A stretch of 64,000 nt of DNA from Leucoraja erinacea (Eukaryota), in assembly GCF_028641065.1 (NCBI RefSeq), contig NC_073406.1, forward strand, positions 6,200,001 through 6,264,000, in the 5' to 3' direction. The position numbers and the translations under genes are program-made. Of the stretch, positions 35,445 through 49,000 are shown piece by piece (positions within the stretch are counted from its first letter, which is position 1; each line of letters begins with the position of its first letter). A model generated the notes under the pieces. That model saw only the letters and a program-made list of their open reading frames with translations, was not told where the DNA came from and did not search any database.

Positions 35445-37250
35445 CCTCCATTCAATATGATCATGGCTGATCATCCAAAATCAGCACCCCGTTCCTGCTT
35501 TCTCCCCATATCCCTTGATTCCGTTACCCTAAGAGCTATATCTAACTCTCTCTTGAATGCATCCAGTGAACTGGCCTCCATCACCCTCTGTGACAGAGAA
35601 TTCCAGATTCATAACTCTCTGGGTGAAAACTTTTCTCCTCATCTCAGTCCTAAATGGCCTACACCATATTCTTAAATGGTGACCTCTGGTTCTGGACTCC
35701 CCCAACATCAGGAATCTGTATCTAGCCTATCCAATCCCTTAAGAATTTTACGTTTCTATAAGATCCCTTCTCTTCCTTCTAAATTCCAGTGAATATAAGC
35801 CCAGTCGATCCATTCTTTCAACATATGTCAGTCCTGCCATCCCGGGGATTAACCTGGTGAATCTATGCTGCACTCCCTCAATAGCAAGAATGTCCTTCCT
35901 CAAATGAGGAGACCGAAACTGCACACAATACTCCAGGTGTGGTCTCACCAGGGCCCTATACAACTGCTGTAGGACCTTCTTGCTCCTACACTCAAATCCT
36001 CTCGCTATGAAGGCCAACAAGCCATTTGCTTTCTTCACTGCCTGCTGTACCTGCATGCTTACTTTCAGTGATTGATGTACAAGGACACCAAGGTCTCATT
36101 ACACCACCTCTTTTCCTAATCTGACACCATTCAGATAATAATCTGCCTTCTTGTTCTTGCCACCAAAGTGGATAACCGCACATTTATCCACATTATACTG
36201 CATCTGCCATGCATCTGCCCACTCACCCAACCTCGCCCTGCAGCCTCATAGCATCCGCCTTGCAGCTCACACTGCCACCCAGCTTTGCGTCATCCGCAAA
36301 CAATATGCATGTAACTCCAAGGTTGATCCATAGATGTGTCATGGTTTTGCTTGTTGACTTAGACTTATACTGAAAGTCCTAGCATGGTAACAGGCTCTTT
36401 GGCCCACATCATCAGTGGCCCAATAAGCCCTATCTAAGCTCGTCTCTTTATTCATGTTTGGCCCACATTCCTCCAAATATTTCCAATTCATGTACCTGCC
36501 CAAATGTTGTTATTGTACCTGCCTCAAATACTTCCTCTGGCAGGTTCCATGTACTCACCAGGCTCTGTATGAAAAACCTTCCACTCAGGTTCCATTAAAT
36601 CTTTCCTCTCTCAGTTTAAACCTATGCTCTCTAGTTCGTGATTCCTCTACCCTGGTAAAACAACTGTGCATTCTATCTATTGCCGTCATGATTTTATACA
36701 CTTCTATATGATTACCCCTGCTCTGCAACACTCACCAGGGCCCTACGGTTCACTGTAAAGGTGCTGCCATGTCTGACTTAAACTTTGTTTGCCATTCCTT
36801 GGCCCACTTGCTCAGCTGATCAAGATCCTGTTGTAATTTTTGATAACCATATTCACTGTCCACAATACCATCTAGTGTCATCTGCAAATTTGCCAATCTC
36901 ATCCATATTGTTGATATAGATGACAAACAGCAATAGTCAAAAGGCTTCTAGTCCAGCACACCCTGCTTCCTACCATTAAGCCAAATTCTGTATCCAGTTA
37001 GTTCTGCCTGGATCTGTGCAATTTATCCTTCTAGAACAGACTATAATGCGAAACCGTATCAAAAGGCTTGCTGAAGTCCATATAAGAGCATGTCTTATAT
37101 GTCCCTGCCCTCATCAACCTTCATGAGTACTTCTTCAAAAAATTCAAATCAAATTCATGAAACATGATCTTCCATGCATAAAACCATACTTACTAAAATT
37201 AATCAACCCCTGTATTTCCAAATGAATGTATATCTTTTCCCTCAAAATCC
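35445..37250 (-). mobile_element. CR1 LINE fragments (younger 35445-36300, older 36360-37250)
   Basis: LYRALVRPHLEYCVQF, RFTRLIPGMAGLTY; older piece with gtcatctgcaaat (FADD) remnant. Confidence 0.85.
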
Positions 37251-38046
37251 TCAAGAGAACAACTGGATCCTCTTCTTCCCACTCCAAATCCCTCTGTAAT
37301 CCTCATGAGATTCCCATAACCATGATGTTGGTTAGGCAACACAGCTTTCAGGGCTATACGTGCCTACACAGAACTACTTCTAAGCTGAATTCCCATCTGA
37401 TAAAACTCTTGATAATCAGTATCAGTTTTTTTTTGCAGAAATCCTGAATCCAATGGTTGAACATCTGGTTCACTCCTTAGTCTGCTTGTGTATTTTCAAT
37501 TTCCTTTAGACTCACTGAAAAATGTGTTTTACTACTGTGCATCAAGTAAAATATAAGTATATTTGGGTATTAACAGGAATAGCAATCAATAATCCTGAAA
37601 ATCTGTCAGTCCATGTGCTAGGGATATTTATTGGAATATCAGAATTTTACTCTACTTACCAAATTCCTGATGTTTTCTTCACTTGAAGCTGCACAGTCAG
37701 AGTTTGGCACAAATATTCTCCAGTAACAATAGCAGAATTAGAATTTGAACACTTGAAGAACAAACATCTGCAAACGGCATGATGCAATTTCTCATGTTCC
37801 TTTGGGTGAAAAGTAAATTCTCCGATAATCCTCAGAGTTGAATGATATATTGTGAGATGTGTCTAACCACCTGATTTAAGCCGTTACATTTTAAGCTCTA
37901 CGAACTCTGGCTTCGAGTTACTGAATCAGCTTGGGGGATGAGAGAGACTGAAAGCTGGAATTAGACACAGAGAGGGAATTGAGGTTTTTTCCCCACATAT
38001 CTGTCAGAGAGATTGCTATGCACAAATTGGCTTCCACTTTATACCA

Positions 38047-39952
38047 GAAGATAACGAAAAAGACAATAAGGGGAGAAAAGATGAGGTACGAAGGTAAGCT
38101 AGCCATGAAAATAAAGGCGGATAGTAAAAGCTTCTTTAGGTATGTGAAGAGGAAAAAATTAGTTAAGACCAAAGTTGGATCCTTGAAGACCGAAAAAGGT
38201 GAATTTATTATGGAGAACAAGGAAATGGCAGATGAGTTGAACAGGTACTTTGGATCCGTCTTCACTAAGGAGGACACAAACGATTTTCCTGATATACTAG
38301 TGGCCAGAGGATCTGGGGCGACGGAGGAACTGAAGGAAATCCACATTAGGCAGGAAATGGTGTTGGGTAGACTGATGGGACTGAAGGCTGATAAATCCCC
38401 AGGGCCTGATGGTCTGCACCCCAGGGTAACTTAAGGAAGTGGCTCTAGAAATGGTGGATGCATTGGTGATAATTTTCCAATGTTCCATAGACTCAGGTTC
38501 GGTTCCTGTAGATTGGAGGGTAGCTAATGTTATCCCACTTTTTCAGAAAGGCGGGAGAGAGAAAACAGGAAATTATAGACCAGTTAACCTGACATCAGTG
38601 GTGGGGAAGATGCTGGAGTCAATTATAAAAGATGAAATAGCCGCACATTTGGATAGCAGTAACAGGATCGGTCCGAGTCAGCATGGATTTACCAAGGGGA
38701 AATCATGCTTGACGAATCTTCTGGAATTTTTTGAGAATGTAACTAGGAAAATGGACAAGGGAGAGCCAGTGGATGTAGTGTACCTGTACTTTCAGAAAGC
38801 TTTTGATAAGGTCCCACATAGGAGATTAGTGGGCAAAATTAGGGCACATTGGGGGTAGAGTGCTGACATGGATAGAAAATTGGTTGGCAGACAGGAAACA
38901 AAGAGTAGGGATTAACGGGTCCCTTTCAGAATGGCAGGCAGTGAGAAGTGGGGTACCGCAAGGCTCAGTGCTGGGACCGCAGCTATTTACAATATACATC
39001 AGTGATTTAGATAAAGGGAATCAAAGTAACATGAGCAAATTTGCAGATGACACAAAGCTGGGTGGCAGTGTGAACTGTGAGGAGGATGCTATGAGACTGC
39101 AAGGCGACTTGGACAGGTTGGGGGAGTGAGCAGATACATGGCAGATGAAGTTTAATGTGGATAAATGTGAGATTATACACTTCGGTATCAAAAACAGGAA
39201 GGCAGATCTAAATGGCGTCAAGTTGGGAAAAGGGGAAGTACAACGGGATCTGGGGGTCCTTGTTCATCTGTCTATGAAAGTAAGCATGCAGGTACAGCGG
39301 GCAGTGAAGAAAACAAATGGCATGTTGGCCTTTATAACAAGGAGTCGAGTATAGGAGCAAAGAGGTCCTTCCACAGTTGTACAGAGTCCCAGTGAGACCA
39401 CACCTGCAGTATTGTGTGCAGTTTTAGTCCCCTAATTTGAGGAAGGACATTCTTGCCATTGAGGGAGTGCAGCGTAGGTTTACTAGGTTAATTCCCGGGA
39501 TGGCGGGACTGTCATATGCTGAGAGAATAGAGCGGCTGGGCTTGTACACTCTGGAGTTTAGAAGGATGAGAGGTTATCTTATTGAAACATATAAGATTGT
39601 TAAAGGTTTGGACACGCTAGAGGCAGGAAACATGTTCCCAATGTTGGGGGAGTCCAGAACCAGGGGCCACAGTTTAAGAATAAGGGGTAAGCCATTTAGA
39701 ACAGAGACAAAGAAACACTTTTTCTCACAGAGAGTTGTGAGTCTGTGGAATTCTCTGCCTCAGAGTGGAGGCCGGTGGAGGCCAGTTCTCTGGATACTTT
39801 CAAGAGAGAGCTAGAGAGGGCTTTTAAAGATAGCTGAGTCATATGGGGAGAAGGCAGGGACGGGGTACTGATTGGATGATCAGCCAAGATCATATTGAAT
39901 GGCGGTGCAGGCTCGAAGGGCCGAATGGCCTACTCCTGCGCCTATTTTCTAT
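38047..39952 (+). mobile_element. CR1 LINE, 5'-truncated, RT domain with several frameshifts and stops
   Basis: [57 protein letters not shown]; CR1 tail gggccgaatggcctactcct. Confidence 0.95.
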
Positions 39953-42243
39953 GGTTCTAGTAATTGATTCTATTATGTTCTGCGCATGTGTGTGCATTTC
40001 AATCTCAGTTCCTGTACATCTATAGACGCCAAACAAGAGGGTACAATTGACTCCTGTGCAGCTGGTTTGTTTTACAGGGCCCACCCTAGCACAACATCTG
40101 TAACTTATTGCTCTCGTCCACAGGAGAACAAAAAGTCTATAACATGCCCCAAGGCAGATACTTTTTGTGAATTACTTGTAGGTCAAGCTTAAACAGTGTG
40201 TAGGTGTATTGCTGATCATTCATTGATTTTACATTACATTATCACAGTAACAAAATTATCATTCAATGGTGTTGGGAGAGGGGCACATATAGAAATCAAA
40301 AGCTCTGACAACACAATTTAAAAGAGCCAAGATTTTTTTGAAAAATAAATGTAATAATACTGCACAGAACCACAGAAACATTATTCTGTAGCTTTTCAAC
40401 AAATATTATAGAAACAAAATATGTTACAGCCAGTGAGTATACAATAGCAGAAATATAGGCCTTCATTTATGTTACATGCAGTTAATTGGTTTCTAACATG
40501 TAAAACTTCCTAAACAAGTAACTGCAAGATTCTTCATGTAGGTCCCTAGTCCAGTACTTTATCATGTAAACAAGCTTGTGGGTTAATATCAAGCCTCTTA
40601 CCATAGTTCCCTTTACACAACCCTATCTTGTTTTGTTTTAGAGCACAACAGTTTATCTTTGAATGTTCTAATTTTCATCAATACGCTGACATTCATATAC
40701 AAGGGAGGGGGTGGGGAGTGGGGGGGGGGAGAAAGAGAGAAGTATGTTTTATTTCCAAGTCAAACACTAGTTGAAACTCCCTTTTCACAGGTATTCCACT
40801 GGGAGCTTTGTGAGAAAGCCCCAACACTCTTCTGCCACCTCGTTCCAGAATGGTTTCTCTTGATTATCCTTCATCCTCCCTCAATTCCAGTTGATCGAGT
40901 GTTGCTAAGCACCAGTTTGGGAGAACCCAAGGTTTGACCTTACTAAAGGGCCACACAATCCAAAAGATAGAAATCATTATATTCCTCTGCAAACAGCATT
41001 CATTTTTGGATGGATAGAACTCTGGGAAAGTAGCTATTATTGACATTGATGGCTCTCATTTGAAATCTGGTGTCTGGCCCCAGCCCACCATGTAGATATG
41101 TACACAAGGGCAAAAGTGGGCTGTACTCTGATACCTTTCATGAACCATTTTTATCATCACTTAGAATGAGCGTTTGGATATCAGAGGGAAGTTAGTCAGA
41201 ACCAGACTTCAGTCTTGAACCCAAAAGGGCTATGACTGCAACAAATCTTTATAAATTGCCAGTAATCATCTGCAAATTTTTTGAATGAGTGTAGATAATA
41301 TTGTGCGTTAATGTTAGAACAGTGCCGATATGTGGTGAATGACAGATTGTGAGTAGATGTCCACATTGTAGAAGACTTCCTACCACCAGCCCCGACCCAC
41401 AGCATATTCTCCTCTTCCTCCAATCACATTCATGACTATTATTTCTGTTCTACTCAAAGCGGGGAGGAAATAAAGAAGAACGAGCAGCAGGTAGATTGCT
41501 AACTTTCTAGGTTAAATAGATTGCCCACTCCATTCCTTCCCAACTTTAGGATTTTCCAATATCATAACACAAATGCTACAAATTTTTAGGTGGGTTGGCA
41601 GGAAGAAAGAGGCAGATATATGAACTTGTGGCAGTTCTGTGCTTAAAAGTTATTTTAATTCTATCCCTTCACTTGAACATAATACTTTTTTTAAACTTAA
41701 ATAGCCATTAAGTGAGAGGTGACCTTCATTGAGCATTCCTGAGGTGAATTAATACCAAGCATGACACACTGCCCAGCAACAATTGCTGCAATTTCTCAAC
41801 CTCAAGGGTCTCTGAACAATTTGATAAAGGGTTTTGGCCAGAGAAACTAATCTTGAGTTTGTTGTGCTAGTTAAGAAACACAGTGAGATTTACTGTGTAC
41901 TGCACCTGGCAAAATATAATTAGTATTTTAACCATGCCCGATGTCTACTTCACTGTTGCAAAGGTCCAAAAGTAGATAAAGTGCAATAAAAATAACTGAG
42001 AGAACCTGATGAGAATGTCATAAAACAATTTTACAGCAAAACCTTAACTGGGCATCCTGTTCCCTGTGGCTTGTTCAAGGACTTCGGGTTTATAGATAAT
42101 GGTCAAGTCATATTACGCATACTTTATAGAGTTTGCTGAGATATTCGAATCACATTCTATAACTCTTTCTTTTTTTCTGTTGGTCCTGTAAACCAGGAGA
42201 CTTGATTAGTCTGGGATAGTTCCTTGCTGCTTGTTTGTTGCTA

Positions 42244-43400
42244 CTAAGGAGCGTCCACATTGGAAACAAGTTTCTGTTTAATTGTTACTGGTTTGCTCAA
42301 AGCAAATGTCTTGAAGCTCTCTGTTGTGCAATCATTTGATTCCTCTGAGGCTTGGGTCTCTACTAAATATTTCTCAAATTTGTCAAGGTATAGAGGTCTC
42401 TCAGGAAGCAAGTAGTAGTGTGTCGAGCTCACCTTCTTCCCATCTTCAATGATTGGCAAAATACATGGTACCCGTGTCGTTGCCCCATCACTTGCTTGCC
42501 GTTGGAGGACTTTGTTGCTGACATATTTGGGATCAGGTGCAAAGCTTCGTGTTGGTGGCATCACCCCATTGAGGTAGGCCGGGAGACTTTTGGGACTTGG
42601 GGTGCGTGAATTGCTTCTGGACATAGGTTCCCTTGGAGGAACCTTTGGTGGTTTGTCCTCATCACAGTGCATGGCTGACATAACCTCTGCAGACCATCTC
42701 CGGTAGTCATGTTTCACTGGCCGTGGGGGTATGGGTACTCGAGGGGGAATCTCAGGCTTTACCTCACTGGTATTTGTCAATGAGTTTGAGAGGCAACTTG
42801 CATTTTTCAGTATGGTAGGCTTGTTGTAGGATCCAGCTGGGCCCGAATGCGAACGCCGTAATTTACGGTGGGGCTTAACAGGTTGTACAGTGACCTCTTT
42901 ATTTTCCAGACAAGTATCTTTTATAACATGGCAACTCTCTGGTAATCTAGTGCGACTGATACTCTCAGAGTAGGCATAGTTGGTCTGCCCACATCCACGG
43001 AAACTCCTTCTGCTGGGAGCGCCATATCTGAAGCCCAATGGTCGGTTATCATGCAAGAGCAAGTCAGTTTCAGAGTTCGTAATGGACTCAACCTCACTGT
43101 CCACATCATCGAATAACTCATCACAAGGGAAAGGCAGTGGGGGGAGCGGCTTAGAGCTTCGGTCACTGGAACATCCAAAATTAATTAGTGCAGTTGCTCC
43201 CCTCACTGGTGTTTGAGGTGGTGACAACACTGTGCTGTTTACTGAGAGTTTCTTAAAATGAGGCAAAACCTGATCCTTTTCCAGCTGTACAAACGATTCC
43301 TCAGAGTTTTGCATTTTCAGAGGTGGTGGTCGTATCTTGTGGAAGGATGATCTTCCAAAGCAGCAGTATCTATTCAGTCCAAATGGCTCCTCGTCTTGTC
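42244..43400 (-). CDS. ERRFI1: ERBB receptor feedback inhibitor 1 (MIG6), last coding exon
   Basis: aaatag|GA...; RRSFRGCGQTNYAY, RKLRRSHSGPAGS, PEIPPRVPIPPRP, SPKSLPAYLNGVMPPTRSFAPDPKYVS, PCILPIIEDGKKVSSTHYYLLPERP (EGFR-binding region). Confidence 0.97.
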
Positions 43401-43967
43401 CTATTTTATGGGAGGAAAGGATTTTCTTTTAAAATGTTAAACATCTCACAGCTTCCTCTCTCTCCTTCTGCATTTTGCAGAGTTCGGAGATCCAGTGCCA
43501 CTGGTTAATCAGCATCCCTCTCAAGAATTATTTTGAAGACCAACCAAGAGTTGGTCTCAGAGCCTGAGATTGTCTCAGTTCATGTGAAATAGTTTCACAG
43601 TATTACAACAAGTAGGAAAAAAAGTTTACCAAACGAACACGGAGGAACAAAAATAATTGTCAAGGCTGGTGCTTATTGTCCACGAATTATCGTTATAAGG
43701 AGTCTTCCCGAGCCTCCCACCCCCCACAGGTTATGTGGGTTTTTCTCACAACAATCAGAGTGACTCCCAACTGGTTCCTTAGTGCAGGGCCATTTGAAAA
43801 TGTATAATAAATGCTGGCATTGTCAATAGCAGCCACCCCCCCCCCCCCCCCCCAAATGATCAAATAAATAATTTAAAAATAAACCATCACAATTACCTTT
43901 ATCAAAAGTAATTTATGTATAAAACAGAAATGTTCAAACATTTACCCTACTTGAGTGAGATACTTAC

Positions 43968-44053
43968 GTTTGGTTGAAGGTACACTGTAGGGCCGTTTAT
44001 GGGGAGCAGCATTCAGAGCACAGGTCACAGCCGTGGTGTCTGCAAAGAAGGTG
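43968..44053 (-). CDS. ERRFI1: ERRFI1 middle coding exon
   Basis: ttttttag|C TFFADTTAVTCALNAAPHKRPYSVPSTK C|gtaagt; 86 nt, phases 2 and 1 join the flanking exons in frame. Confidence 0.85.
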
Positions 44054-44812
44054 CTAAAAAAATACAAATCACAGAAATAAAGTTTTTCAAATATCCCCGT
44101 AAACTGTCCATCAGTAAAACACAAATGGTTTTCCCTTTTGATCTCTTCTGATCCCATCCTTCCAAGACAGCAGCCTTGAACCCTCTCTTTCCATTATGAA
44201 ATCAAAATTATTCCTCAAATTAGTCGTGGGAAACCTGATGGTACTGATGATTTTTACTTTTTCAAAGTTGTTAAGAAAATACTTGAAAAGGGCTTGAAAG
44301 TCCCAAACACATTCACAACTAATTCTACCCAACCCACCTCTCATCTTGGGTATCAGCCTTATTATTTTACTCTGCACAGCAAGATCCCATATTGAAGTAA
44401 CAAGATCTTAATTTACCAGTCTGAACCCTGATGGAGGTCCTTTAAAGTATCAGCACAACTGACATGACAATATAATCTTATTGTGCAATGTTTATTATGT
44501 GATTGATGAATCAACTCTAGTCCTCTCCATTTTCCCAATGATTTGTTGTGGAAGGTCATGCTTCCCATTCAGTGTACTAGTTTCAGCAACTACAGCAAAT
44601 TTAATTTACTCTAGATCAGCCCCGATCCCGACACGGACCCAACACCACCAAACTCGAGTCTTAGCATGATAATTACCCACTATGTTTGCAAAGAAACCTC
44701 ATATGCTTTCACAGAAAGATGTTTGAAGGTAAAACCACTACATCATACTACCTTCCTCATCAATTAAGATACCACCTCCAAAACCAAATGGTACCCTGTT
44801 TGAGCGACTTAC

Positions 44813-44934
44813 TTGTCCAAGGTACTTGACGGATTCCAACAGCTTTTGTTGTTGATGACACCATGAGTACCATGCATGAAGCAATTACTCAGTGGACTGT
44901 GGATCTCCTGTGCTGCTAGTCCAGCACTCGACAT
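44813..44934 (-). CDS. ERRFI1: ERRFI1 first coding exon
   Basis: Not in the ORF track; ccaacATG MSSAGLAAQEIHSPLSNCFMHG...KSCWN...D+AA|gtaagt, matching the MIG6 N-terminus (MSxAGxAAQEI). Total CDS 1365 nt = 454 aa. Confidence 0.92.
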
Positions 44935-45347
44935 GTTGGCAATTTAGAGATGACACCAATCCTTTAAAGTCTGTGTGCTCTCTTCTTCAAGTTAACAGAG
45001 TCTTGCATTCCTTGATAAATAACAAGTCTTGAATTATTCAACCAATCAATATTCTGTAGTCACAATCAATAGCTGCAGTATTCTTTTCACGCTATCAAGG
45101 TAGAGCTATTGAGGAAACCGAGAAGTATAGTACTTTCTCAATAATCTTAAGATTTTTCTGATTTGAGAAAGAACATGTCGGGTAATCAGATGAAATTAAC
45201 ATAAGGAATAATCTTGCCTTTATCCTCAGCACTTTATCTCAAGTGAATGTATTTGTCAATGACAGTATTGGTAGGAGTGACCATAACTTAGTCCTTGTGG
45301 AAACAAAGCCCCCGTGTCCTCATTCTCAGGGCAAACTATCAAAAACA

Positions 45348-48300
45348 AAGACATATTTACTGTGTAAACTTGAGATGCTGTAACAAGCGATTTAATCATT
45401 TTAGACCATGTTTTCTTTCACCTGAAATTCAATAGGATCACGATCAAACATGGAAGAACCCCGACTGAGAATTCTTCCCTTTCCTGGCTCATACTGGTTG
45501 TTTGTTATACTATCTAATATACTAGAATTGACTATTTAAATTATACATTTAAGAGGAATCAGTTAGGTGGCTTAAAGCCAGATTGTAAGAAGCATCTGTC
45601 AAGGGCAAAACAAAGCCTGGCAAGTGGTGATGGGTGGATACATGTGAGGGGGGTGTTGATGCTGCCTGGCCCACTGAGTTATTCCAGCACATTGTGTCTT
45701 TTTCACAAACCAGCGTCCGCAGTTCCTTGTATCTCGACAATGTTGTGTAGCATTAAAATCATGTTAAATGGGATAAACTCAGAATTGTTGGTTATCGTAA
45801 TCTGTAACCTGACAGTTTAGCACATCCTCACACTATCATTTCCATCAAGCCAGAGGCCCAACCCTGGTTTAATGAATACACAAGGACATGCTGGGTGTAG
45901 AACCAGGCACATTTAAAACTACAACACTGGACTGTCTGCTTGCTAAATAGCAAAAACAGCATGCAACAGAACCAAGTGGTCTCATAAACCAACAGACATC
46001 CCAAAGACATGCAGTTTGGAGGTTAATTGCCCAAGTGCAAGAAGAAAATGTAACAAAAAACGGGATATGCATAGGATCAGTATAAATAGATGCACAATCT
46101 CAATGGGTAAAAAGACCAGTGTCTGTGCCTTATAACAAAAACTCTAATGGTTGGAATTTCCTTGAGCAGGTTCTGATTTTAAAAAGATCTACAGACAAAG
46201 CCAAAACACACCTTACTTATCATAGGTACTAACTAACCTGTGCTTTAAATCCACAATTTTCAGTTTTATTTGAAGGACTTTAAGCATTTACATTTTAAGA
46301 GTTTTTTTTTTGCTGGGGGGGGGGGAGGGGGGAGTGAGGAAGACAGGACAAAGGCAAGAATTCAATAACCCTGTATACCCACATGGGGCAGAGGGGTGGA
46401 CTTTCTTTTAACTATGCCACTCATTTTGTAGCCCAATATGTGCCTCCAATGGCACCCTTTGACCAGAAATGATATTGGTCATTGACGAACTGAAAATGGA
46501 AAACAAATAAAGTGAATTACAGTTAGAAGATTAGAGGCATAGAGTCATAGTGATTCAGCATGGAAACAGGCCCTATGGCCCAACTTGCCTACACCAGCCA
46601 ACATGTCACAGCTACATTAGTCCTAACTGCCCACATGCTTGGTCCATATCCGTCAAAACCTGCCCTATCCATGCACTGTACCTGTCTAACTGTTTCTTAA
46701 ACATTGAGATAGCCCCTGCCTCAACTACCTGCTCTGGCAGCTTGTTCCATGCTCCCACCACCCTTTGTGTGAAAAAGTTAGCCCTCAGATTCCTGCCAAC
46801 TCTTTTCCCCTTCACCTTAAACTTAAGAGTGGAACAGTAAAATATTTAGAGTGAGGCTTCATGCTCCTGTCCTTTTAAATTAGCATCTGGTATGGAAAAA
46901 TCCTTTCCCAAAATCAAATTAGGTTTGAGATCCTGGAAAATGTAGAAGAAATTAGCTATAATTACAATAAACGAATGGATTTGAATCGCAGGAAAAGGAA
47001 AATTCAGCACTAACCATGATAATATTGATACAAAAAGAGAAGGAATAGAAAAAGGTAAGAAGCAACCTCACTCCTTTTTCCTGACATGTCCACGACGTGA
47101 AACAAGGTTCATTTTTGATGTGGATTGCTACAGCCCATATTTCAATGGTTTAAATAATCTGGTGCTACTTTCGATAACTAAGTTTATAAGCTTTCCTATA
47201 TTATCCAGATATTCGATCGCCTCGGCTTTAAATAGAAGTCTCTGGGATCCTCAGTTACAAAAGGACCAGGCCCCCTTTCTAGGCACCAATTTTAGAATTC
47301 TACTTTTCAAAGGACAGCGTGTAACCTTTTCGTAGAAAGGGGAATGATGTCAAAGGGAGTGGCAGATTACACTGACTCTACTCATCAATACTCAAGTAGT
47401 GACTTCACTTCCTCTCCATCAGTTACACAGGAAAACGATACCAGCTAAAAATGAAGATGCAGAGAGCATGTGGAACATTCAGATGGATGCCGGGGGGCCG
47501 GGGGGCTAGATTGCTATCCGTAAATAGAGTTAAAGATGAAGAGCAATATCACTAGTCAAGAGAAACTTATAGAGAGTTTCTGCATGTGCTGTGCACAATT
47601 TAGAAACTTAGAGAGCACACTGCACAATTGACTACCCAGACCTTCCAGTCACACTACCTTAACAGACCAAGTCCAATGCACTGAGCCAGTATGGCAACTC
47701 ACCATGAAATATAGATGAATCTCTACAGGAAAATGTAGACGACGGAAACACAGCATTATGATTCTCAGGATGCTATTCCCTTTCTGTGCAGTGGAACACA
47801 ATGAGGACCCCAGTGTTAAATGAACATCCTCAAACTAGTTAAACACTGCATTATCACCAAACTGAATTAGATGAATGATATATTTTCTTGGTTCTATTGT
47901 TAATTATTTAAACCTTTTCAAACCCAATATGCTTTGAACGGAGATCAATGTTAACTAGATTCACACGAGACAACTGATGCTGGAATCTTGGGCAAAAATA
48001 AAAGCTGCTGGAGGAACTGAGCGGGTCCATCAGTCTGAACAAGAGTCCATACCCAAAGTGTCAAATATCCATCTCCTCCATGGATGCTGCCTGACAGATG
48101 CTGCTTACAATCTGGCTTTAAGCCACCTGCCCGATTCCTCTTAAATTTATAATTTAAATAGTCAATTCTAGTATATTAGATAGTATAACAAACGACCAGT
48201 ATGAGCAAGGAAAGGGAAGAATTCTCTGTCAGGGTACTTGTTCCATGTTTGACCGTGATCCTATTGAATTTCAGGTGAAAGAAAACATGGTCTAAAATGA

Positions 48301-48348
48301 TTAAATCGCTTGTTACAGCATCTCAAGTTTACACAGTAAATATGTCTT
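45348..48348. repeat. Inverted duplication of about 255 bp (45348-45601 and 48092-48348)
   Basis: aagacatatttactgtgtaaacttgagatg...agcatctgtca is the reverse complement of tgacagatgct...catctcaagtttacacagtaaatatgtctt with scattered mismatches. Confidence 0.93.
46530..46825 (-). mobile_element. CR1 LINE 3' end
   Basis: NFFTQRVVGAWNKLPEQVVEAG. Confidence 0.8.
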
Positions 48349-48489
48349 ACATGGGCAAAGATCCTGAGGGGAGCAAGCAGCAATCTGAGATTGTAGGAGA
48401 TAAAATGGGCTAGGAGAAAACTGCCACAAGTTTAAAAACACAATCCAAAGAGGATACCAACGATCCATATACATACCTTCAATCTAACT

Positions 48490-49000
48490 AAACAAACGTA
48501 TAGTATTTTGGTTAGGCCACATTTTGAATAACGTGTACAATTCTGTTCACCCTATTGCAGGAAGGATGTGGAGCCTTTAAAGGGTGCAGAAGAGGTTCAC
48601 CAGAATACTACCTAGTTCAAAAGGATATTAACTGCAAAGAGAGGTTGGACAAACTTGAACAGTTTTCCCCAGGAGCATCAGAAGGCTTATGGGAGACCTG
48701 GTAGAAGTGTATAAAATTATGAGAGGTATGGATAGGGTAGAAAGTCAGAACCTTTGTCCCCAGAGTGGAAATATCATAGACCAGAAGGCATAGGTTTAGG
48801 TATAATTTTATAGAGGCTGTGGTGCTGGAGGCAGATACAATAAGTGAAATTAAAGAGGCTTTTGGATAGGCACATGGATATATAGAGATGGAGGGCTAAG
48901 GATCGCGTGCAGGCAGAGGAGACTAGCTTAACTTAGCATCATGATCGACATGGATATTGTGGGCCGAAGGGACTGTTACTGTGCTGTACTGTTTTGTTGT
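48490..49000 (+). mobile_element. Degraded CR1 LINE 3' end
   Basis: ggttaggccacattttgaata, gtgcagaagaggttcaccag, gggccgaaggg tail. Confidence 0.75.

Noticed and set aside
42418-43216. Several short ORFs overlapping the ERRFI1 last exon
   Set aside because: Alternative-frame and antisense shadows of the real CDS.
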